DNA of 64,000 bases, taken from IMG/VR virus record IMGVR_UViG_3300025765_000001; one strand, 5' to 3'. This document shows positions 57,888 to 64,000 of the stretch, in pieces. Below the pieces are notes generated by a model. That model was not told the origin of the DNA. It was given only the letters and a program-made list of their open reading frames with translations, and did no database searches. The first letter of the stretch is position 1; each line of letters begins with the position of its first letter. The position numbers and the translations under genes were made by a program. The stretch is from a virus (Duplodnaviria > Heunggongvirae > Uroviricota > Caudoviricetes).

Positions 57888-59300
57888 ATGATGAGCCATG
57901 CATTACGTTTTCTGGCAGAAGACCAGAAGGAAGGGCCGATAGAAGTCACCGTCGTTGGCGACGTGATGGTAGATGAATACTTTACTGTAGACGCCAACCG
58001 GGTCAGCCCAGAATTCCCCATCCCGGTCCTCCGATCATTGGATCACAGCCCCACCGCTTCTTTGCCCGGTGGGGCCGGTAATGTTTGTGCCCAATTCAAA
58101 TACTTCAACACCAAGGTCAAATTGTTTGGCTTCTTGGACCATCGCAGCCACGATGTCCTAGAAGCCAATGGCATCGACACATCTAATTGCGTACTATTGC
58201 CTCCACGCTGTCTAGTTCCTGTGAAAAGGCGGTTCTATCAGGGACAATTCCCGCTGTGTCGCTGGGATGTAGAAAAGGATAATTATGGGTTGGATGTAGA
58301 TCAACTACACCGACTCCAGCAGGAGTTGTTCGACAGATATTGTGCTACATCGCATGAAGTCATTATATTCTCTGATTACAACAAGGGATTGTTCTGTAAT
58401 AGTTTTCCTTGGGCTGCCAAGCAATTTCCGAACGTGCCAATCAAGTTGGTGGACCCCAAGAAGGGGCCGTTGAATCGGTGGTATGGTTGCACGTTGTTGA
58501 AACCTAATTACAAGGAGGCCAAGGAACTAACTGGTGAAAGCGATTGGCTCAAGCAAGCCGACAAAATCATGGAAACGACCCATTGTATGGCTGCGGTTAT
58601 CACGATGGGCGGTGACGGACTAGTAGGCAAGGTAGCTGACAGGGAATTTGAGTACATTCCTCACACCAAGGTATCAGCCGAGAGTGTGATAGGTGCGGGT
58701 GATTGCTTTATGGCTTTCTTGGCGATGGGCCTTGGCCGGATGATGGATGTGGTAGATGCCGTTGAGTTGGCATATGAGGCCGGGGCGGTATATGTTCAGA
58801 AGCACTATAACAAACCGATCACGCCTCATGAGTTGAAGAGACATATAGACCCTCACGCTGCCAAATTGGTTTCCAAGGAGTTCTTGAGCGAGTATCCAGG
58901 CAAGGTGGTGTTTACGAATGGTTGTTTTGATATACTACATCGTGGGCACCTAGAAATGTTGAAGTTCGCAAAGTGCCAAGGGGACGCTCTGGTGGTTGCG
59001 GTTAACAGTGACGAAAGTGTTTCTAGGCTCAAGGGCGAAGGCCGACCAATCAACAACTTGTGTGATCGTATGTCGATGTTGGCTGGATTGGACTGTGTTG
59101 ATTTCGTAATCTCTTTCGAGGAGGAGACGCCCTACGAGACGATCAAACAGATTCAGCCAGATGTACTTGTGAAAGGCTCTGATTGGAAAGGGGCGGTGGT
59201 CGGCTCGGACTTGGTAGAGGATGTCAGGATATTTGATTTGGTAGAGGGACTCTCTACGACGAAGACCCTCCAGAAGCTAGGAGTCGAGAAAGAAGATTGA
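57888..59300 (+). CDS. hldE: bifunctional ADP-heptose synthase (kinase + adenylyltransferase)
   Basis: VVGDVM.D.Y, R.SPE.P.PV, GGAGNV, SDY.KG, VDPK, GAGD; FTNGCFDILH.GH, NSD.SV.RLKG..RP, KG.D, G.STT. Confidence 0.95.
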   Translation: MMSHALRFLAEDQKEGPIEVTVVGDVMVDEYFTVDANRVSPEFPIPVLRSLDHSPTASLPGGAGNVCAQFKYFNTKVKLFGFLDHRSHDVLEANGIDTSNCVLLPPRCLVPVKRRFYQGQFPLCRWDVEKDNYGLDVDQLHRLQQELFDRYCATSHEVIIFSDYNKGLFCNSFPWAAKQFPNVPIKLVDPKKGPLNRWYGCTLLKPNYKEAKELTGESDWLKQADKIMETTHCMAAVITMGGDGLVGKVADREFEYIPHTKVSAESVIGAGDCFMAFLAMGLGRMMDVVDAVELAYEAGAVYVQKHYNKPITPHELKRHIDPHAAKLVSKEFLSEYPGKVVFTNGCFDILHRGHLEMLKFAKCQGDALVVAVNSDESVSRLKGEGRPINNLCDRMSMLAGLDCVDFVISFEEETPYETIKQIQPDVLVKGSDWKGAVVGSDLVEDVRIFDLVEGLSTTKTLQKLGVEKED

Positions 59301-59688
59301 TCCAGTTTTCGTACACCCTGATCCAAGTTTGGTGCCAAGCCTTGGACCCGTACTCCTCAGAAGGCATCCCCAGATTATCTAAGTGAGATCGGATGTCTCG
59401 TTTCAGTAGGCGAATCACATCTTTTACTTCTTGGGGGTCGGCGTTTTGATCTTTCAGGAGGTTGATGAATCTCAGTTTGGTTCTGGATATGTCGTCGGCC
59501 AGGAGCCGCTGGTCATTAGAGTCGAAGCGGTCCTCGCCGGGTTGCAGGGCTGCCATGTGTAGCCTAATATCTAGTCTAGCCTGTTCTTCTGGCGACATCT
59601 CATCTAGACCAGCAAGATCGTGTCTTTCTTTCTCGTTTAATCCAGGGACTAGAAGGGATTCCAGTTTCAACCAGAGGTCGTAGTACAT
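59254..59688 (-). CDS. hypothetical protein (YDLWL N-terminus)
   Basis: MYYDLWLKLES; TAAATA 5 nt before the ATG. Confidence 0.7.
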   Translation of the reverse strand: MYYDLWLKLESLLVPGLNEKERHDLAGLDEMSPEEQARLDIRLHMAALQPGEDRFDSNDQRLLADDISRTKLRFINLLKDQNADPQEVKDVIRLLKRDIRSHLDNLGMPSEEYGSKAWHQTWIRVYENWINLLSRLLASGGSSS

Positions 59689-59717
59689 GAAGGTATTTAG
59701 AGAATGAAGGGAGTTTT

Positions 59718-60722
59718 ATGGGAGGTATAGTAATACCGGTTCCTTTATATGCATTAGTCATAGAGGAAGAGAAAAGAGTAGCCAAAAACGGCAAGGTGTT
59801 CTGGCAAGTCCTGTTGAAGACCAAGGTTGGCAACATCAAGGCTTTCATGTGGAATGCCCCAGATGACGTAGCGGCTAATCCGAAATTTCCCCATATCGGC
59901 GATGTGATATTGGTGTCTTCTTTTCAAGACAATATGGCTGAGCGTGGCAACATCGTCATTGAGGGGTTTGGTAGGACTACTCGTGAGGAATTGTTTAATC
60001 TAGTTCCCCAGGATGCCGTTGCCATTTGTGAGGTTGAAAAGGCCAGCGACGAGGCTATCGGAGCGGCACTGGATTTGATAGCTGATAGTTCTTTCTGGGA
60101 CGAAAGGGTTCACCACAATTTTGCCATAGGGTGCCTGGGACGTTTGGATAAAGAGAAGTTTAGGGCTTGCCCGGCAGCCACGAAGGTCCATCACAGTTAT
60201 CAGGGCGGGTTGATTGTACATACCGCCGAGGTTCTGGCTCTGGTGAGGGCGGTTGTTGAAATCAGTTTGCCCAAGTATAGCTTCATCAACAAAGACGTGC
60301 TTTACGCCAGTGCCATTTTACACGACATCGGCAAGGTAGAAACTTACTATATCAACAAAGTGGGTATATCCCAACAGCTAAGCACCGAGAAATCTATCGG
60401 GCACATCTACTATGGCATGAGCTTGGTCGATCAGCATTTCAGGTCACTAAAGTCTGGGTCCGTCAAAAAGGAGTTCGTTGACGAGGTACTCCACTGTATC
60501 GCCAGCCATCATGGTTTACCTGAATGGGGATCATTCAAGCCGGTTCAGTCGGTTGAAGCTGGTATTCTAAGTAGGGTGGATTACATTTCGGCTCGTAATG
60601 GCATGGTTGAAATCATGTTGAAGGAATCGGTTAAGACCGGCGTTCCTCTACAGGACGAGTTCAGAATATACGGTGACCCCTATTTCGCTTCAATTGGTAT
60701 GAAAAACTATGTGAGAGGATGA
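59718..60722 (+). CDS. YhaM-like OB-fold plus HD-domain nuclease
   Basis: PAA..HH...GGL..HT, LHDIGK, GH, I.SHHG..EWGS. Confidence 0.9.
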   Translation: MGGIVIPVPLYALVIEEEKRVAKNGKVFWQVLLKTKVGNIKAFMWNAPDDVAANPKFPHIGDVILVSSFQDNMAERGNIVIEGFGRTTREELFNLVPQDAVAICEVEKASDEAIGAALDLIADSSFWDERVHHNFAIGCLGRLDKEKFRACPAATKVHHSYQGGLIVHTAEVLALVRAVVEISLPKYSFINKDVLYASAILHDIGKVETYYINKVGISQQLSTEKSIGHIYYGMSLVDQHFRSLKSGSVKKEFVDEVLHCIASHHGLPEWGSFKPVQSVEAGILSRVDYISARNGMVEIMLKESVKTGVPLQDEFRIYGDPYFASIGMKNYVRG

Positions 60723-60982
60723 TATGGATCGCAGGAAGGTAGTTTAATACATGATTTGGGGTCTGTGCCTCGTCATGGGTCTGTGCTTCTTGATGGAAAT
60801 CATGTTGAAGGAATCGGTTAAGACCGGCGTTCCTCTACAGGACGAGTTCAGAATATACGGTGACCCCTATTTCGCTTCAATTGGTATGAAAAACTATGTG
60901 AGAGGATGATATGGATCGCAGGAAGGTAGTTTAATACATGATTTGGGGTCTGTGCCTCGTCATGGGTCTGTGCTTCTTGATG
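60609..60982 (+). repeat. exact 187-bp tandem duplication
   Basis: 60609-60795 is repeated at 60796-60982. Confidence 0.92.
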
Positions 60983-61135
60983 AGCATCAAGGCGATGTTT
61001 CTCAAGTGGGACCATTCGACTGTTGAGGGGTGGACCAATTCTATTGAACGTACAGCCAGGGCCATAGAGATCAACACATACTTCATTCTAGTTCTTTTGC
61101 AGGCACTCCTTCTCCGCACCATTTGTAAAAAGTAG
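60938..61135 (+). CDS. small membrane protein
   Basis: Two hydrophobic stretches. Confidence 0.6.
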   Translation: MIWGLCLVMGLCFLMSIKAMFLKWDHSTVEGWTNSIERTARAIEINTYFILVLLQALLLRTICKK

Positions 61136-61170
61136 TTTTTTCTGGGTCATGTAGTTGGTACTATATTTAC

Positions 61171-61449
61171 ATGCCTAGAAAACGAATACTGATAAACAAG
61201 AAGGTCAAGAAACTATATGAGAAGCAGTGTTACATCTGCGGCGAGGATGATTACGATCTTCTAGATGTTCATAGGATCATTCTCGGCGAGGAGGGCGGCA
61301 AGTACACAGAACACAATAGCGTAGTGGTCTGTGCGACCTGTCATCGTAAATGTCATTCTGGGCGGATTAAGATGGACAGAAAGTATCCATCTACTTCAGG
61401 GAGATTAGTGCTTCATTATTGGGAGGACGGAGAAGAGAAGTGGAAGTGA
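61171..61449 (+). CDS. small HNH endonuclease
   Basis: C..CG....L..H....GG.Y...N....C..CH...H. Confidence 0.8.
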   Translation: MPRKRILINKKVKKLYEKQCYICGEDDYDLLDVHRIILGEEGGKYTEHNSVVVCATCHRKCHSGRIKMDRKYPSTSGRLVLHYWEDGEEKWK

Positions 61450-61461
61450 ATAGATACTCTG

Positions 61462-61779
61462 ATGATAAAGTTGGACTTCAAAGAGTATCTGGACCTGATT
61501 GAGCAGGGCAACTCAACGAAGTCTGTCTACGGACAGGCTGGGCGGCACCCGTACCGTCCAGCTAAACCAGCCAAGTCTTTCCCGGCACCGAAGAACCCTT
61601 TCCCGAAGTTAGTAGCTACTGCCAAAGTAGATCGCCCGGCAGCATTTCTACACCCGGATGATTTCAGACTCGATATGGACAACAAGGATTTGCAGTTTGA
61701 GCCTATGAGGTTCGAGTTGTCATCTTTGAAGCCGCCATCCTCGCTACTGGTCAAAAGATCAAAGAAGATACCAAAATGA
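61462..61779 (+). CDS. small protein with FKEYL N-terminus
   Basis: MIKLDFKEYLDLIE; TAGATA 5 nt before the ATG. Confidence 0.7.
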   Translation: MIKLDFKEYLDLIEQGNSTKSVYGQAGRHPYRPAKPAKSFPAPKNPFPKLVATAKVDRPAAFLHPDDFRLDMDNKDLQFEPMRFELSSLKPPSSLLVKRSKKIPK

Positions 61780-61985
61780 GTTACACACTCTACAACAAAG
61801 AAACCGGCAGGACTCTAGATTTCAGGGATCAGACCTGGACTTGCGAGACGCTAGAGGAGGCCAGAGAGATGCTTGAAGTCTGCTTGGAATGTGTCGATAC
61901 CTTCCCTGGGTGCAACCGAAATAATTTTGTCATCGTAGATGCAGATACCGGAGAACAAGTGCATCCGCTGTCTGATTTTGAGTGA
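61776..61985 (+). CDS. hypothetical protein
   Basis: ATGA coupling. Confidence 0.6.
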   Translation: MSYTLYNKETGRTLDFRDQTWTCETLEEAREMLEVCLECVDTFPGCNRNNFVIVDADTGEQVHPLSDFE

Positions 61986-62002
61986 TCCTTCTCTTATAGG
62001 GC

Positions 62003-62545
62003 ATGAAAGATATAAGTCTCACCGGCAAAGGACTGACTGTAGTTGTTAAGTCAAAGTATTCTCCGATCCATAATTGGATGACTTTCTCGGCGTGGTATTC
62101 CATGTGGAAGAACCTTCCTGATGCCGAGGTCATCATCATGTGCGAACGGGGAATCTACTCCAAGCAGTTGATGAGTTGGGCACAGAGAATATCTGTTAAG
62201 TTTTTCTCTTACTGTAAGGATAAAGACCCGGTACAGGTAGCCACGATCAATGAGCTAATTACGTCCGGCAATAAGGTGATGTTATTTGAGGAACCGTGTG
62301 TTGTAGCCGCCGACGTGTTTCGAGATGGCAAGGTAGTAGATTCAAAGTCGAGTGAGACCGGCACGTTCGTATCATACAGGGAGGGTTGTGGCAAGTTTGT
62401 GGTGTCCCGCTGGATAGATAAGCTGGAGACTCCTTTTGCCGGTGCTTCTACTAGACTCATGACGCCCAGCGTCACGGTCAACGAGATGAGGGTTTTGAAG
62501 TTGTGGGACAAAATGAGCCTCGTGTTTGATAATGTCTGTGTTTAG
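62003..62545 (+). CDS. hypothetical protein
   Basis: 180-aa ORF. Confidence 0.65.
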   Translation: MKDISLTGKGLTVVVKSKYSPIHNWMTFSAWYSMWKNLPDAEVIIMCERGIYSKQLMSWAQRISVKFFSYCKDKDPVQVATINELITSGNKVMLFEEPCVVAADVFRDGKVVDSKSSETGTFVSYREGCGKFVVSRWIDKLETPFAGASTRLMTPSVTVNEMRVLKLWDKMSLVFDNVCV

Positions 62546-62553
62546 GAGGACAC

Positions 62554-62814
62554 ATGAGGCACTATGATTACGACGAAGACGAGGAGAACGAGGACGTAGA
62601 CAAATTTTTTGAAGAAAACAGAAACGACGATGAAGAACCTGAACCGGTATATGCAGACATATTTGGTGAAGAAGGGTTTGTAGATACCGATATTGAAATG
62701 CTCCACATTGCTCTTCGGATGTGCGAGCGAAGCTGGTTCTGGAGGTTCAGGAGTTTCAAAACCAAGCTAACACTGGTAGCCACTACATACGCTACCCTGA
62801 AGAGAATTTTGTGA
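62554..62814 (+). CDS. acidic hypothetical protein
   Basis: AGGAGG RBS. Confidence 0.65.
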   Translation: MRHYDYDEDEENEDVDKFFEENRNDDEEPEPVYADIFGEEGFVDTDIEMLHIALRMCERSWFWRFRSFKTKLTLVATTYATLKRIL

Positions 62815-62823
62815 GGAAAGAAT

Positions 62824-63162
62824 ATGCCACTGTATAGTTTCAAGTGCAAGAAATGTGACCACGAATGGGATGAAGTGACCTCTTACGATGAGATGGGCAA
62901 ATACTCAGATATCCGCTGTCCAGAATGCAAATCTAAGTCCAAGGACAAGCTGATTAGCATGGCTAACTTCAAGTTCTCTCAACCTGTCGGCACTGATAGA
63001 TTCAACAACAGTCATGATTACAGGCACAACTGGAACATGGACCGGCAGGGTGGTACCCGTGACCAGAGGAAAGAAGCCCAGGAGAAGTCCCACATGGGAG
63101 CGGAACCGTATAATTCGATAGATGACATATCTAGCGGGGAGCATTTCGGCGAGGTTAAGTGA
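62824..63162 (+). CDS. FmdB-family Zn-ribbon protein
   Basis: MPLY.F.C..C....CP.C.S. Confidence 0.85.
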   Translation: MPLYSFKCKKCDHEWDEVTSYDEMGKYSDIRCPECKSKSKDKLISMANFKFSQPVGTDRFNNSHDYRHNWNMDRQGGTRDQRKEAQEKSHMGAEPYNSIDDISSGEHFGEVK

Positions 63163-63256
63163 TTAGAAGGTTTTCTAGAATTACCTCTTGCATTGGCTTT
63201 CTTGACCGGCATATACTTACAGAAACAACTTGGACTCTATTCAAGGGGATATCATT

Positions 63257-64000
63257 ATGGAACAAGTTCAGAAGCTCAAGGCTCTAGCAGCCAAGTTCGA
63301 CAGGAAAGAGTTCACTACTCTACACGAGGAATTGCCCTTTTCTGAGTATCTAGAAAGGGTATATGCCAACCCAAGAATTATTAGGACGGCGTACCAGCGA
63401 TTGTATGACACCATTGTGTCAAAGGGGTCCAAGGAGTTCAAACGCTATCGCAAGACCCTGACCCACTACCACTTTTTCGATGACAAAGAAATACCTATCT
63501 TTGGATTAGAGGAGACGTTGGAGGAACTAGTCAAGTTCATCCGGGGTGCTGCTGGTGGGTACGGAACAGAGAAGCGTGTCCTACTGCTCCACGGCCCGGT
63601 AGGTAGCTCGAAGTCAACCATTTGCCGCTTGCTCAAGAGAGGACTAGAGCGTTATTCTAGGAGCGATGACGGTGCTTGGTATAGCTACAAATGGGTCAAG
63701 TTGCCAGTTGGTGGTGACGGTATCTACACACACGATACCGACGAGTGCCCGATGCACGAAGAACCGCTTAAGTTGATCCCATCCAATTTCCGAGGCGATG
63801 TCATCAAGGATTTGAATGAGATCATCAACGAGCAGACTCCAGAACAGGAAAGGGTCAATCTCTACACCCTCCGCTGCGAAGGCGAGTTGAATCCACGCTG
63901 CCGTTACTTCATGAACGCCTTGCTGAAGAAGTACGACGGTGATTGGCAAAAGGTCGTGGATGAACATATCGTTGTCGTTCGCAAGACCCACTCCGAGGCC
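63257..64000 (+). CDS. prkA: PrkA/YeaG serine protein kinase (3'-partial; absent from the ORF track)
   Basis: MEQVQKLK.. FSEYL, TAYQRLYD, FG.E, GTEKRVLLLHGPVGSSKSTI, CPMHEEPL; runs off the window end. Confidence 0.9.
   Translation, partial: MEQVQKLKALAAKFDRKEFTTLHEELPFSEYLERVYANPRIIRTAYQRLYDTIVSKGSKEFKRYRKTLTHYHFFDDKEIPIFGLEETLEELVKFIRGAAGGYGTEKRVLLLHGPVGSSKSTICRLLKRGLERYSRSDDGAWYSYKWVKLPVGGDGIYTHDTDECPMHEEPLKLIPSNFRGDVIKDLNEIINEQTPEQERVNLYTLRCEGELNPRCRYFMNALLKKYDGDWQKVVDEHIVVVRKTHSEA

Noticed and set aside
63644-63991. 115-aa minus-strand ORF
   Set aside because: Antisense to the clear PrkA reading frame

Overview
This window looks like a 64-kb segment of a large (jumbo/huge) T4-superfamily-like dsDNA bacteriophage; the host cannot be determined from the sequence. 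Intact replication/recombination genes include UvsW, a gp41/DnaB helicase, UvsY, a gp32-like SSB, UvsX/RecA, a small family-A polymerase, a Ski2/Hel308-like helicase and RNase H. Nucleotide metabolism genes include ThyA with a LAGLIDADG intein at the catalytic Cys, dCMP deaminase, dNMP kinase, PyrB and a Nudix hydrolase. A gp23-like capsid paralog, ACP and a partial PrkA are also present. Two things stand out. (1) A glycosylation toolkit (HldE, GNA1, epimerase, sugar nucleotidyltransferase, WavE-like, methyltransferases and four glycosyltransferases), where a Cys-finger GT9-like enzyme sits head-to-head with a ~700-aa, mostly serine protein; this is a candidate phage protein O-glycosylation (heptosylation) system. 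(2) A set of non-coding RNAs missed by the ORF track: an RNase P RNA with a strongly reduced specificity domain, tRNA-Leu(UAG), a degenerate tRNA-like element, a T-arm-bearing tRNA-mimic, and three further structured RNAs. About ten small genes share an N-terminal F-K-x-W/Y-L motif and a TAnATA box just before the ATG. Many accessory genes are pseudogenes while the core genes are clean. All calls come from motif recognition by eye; no searches were run.
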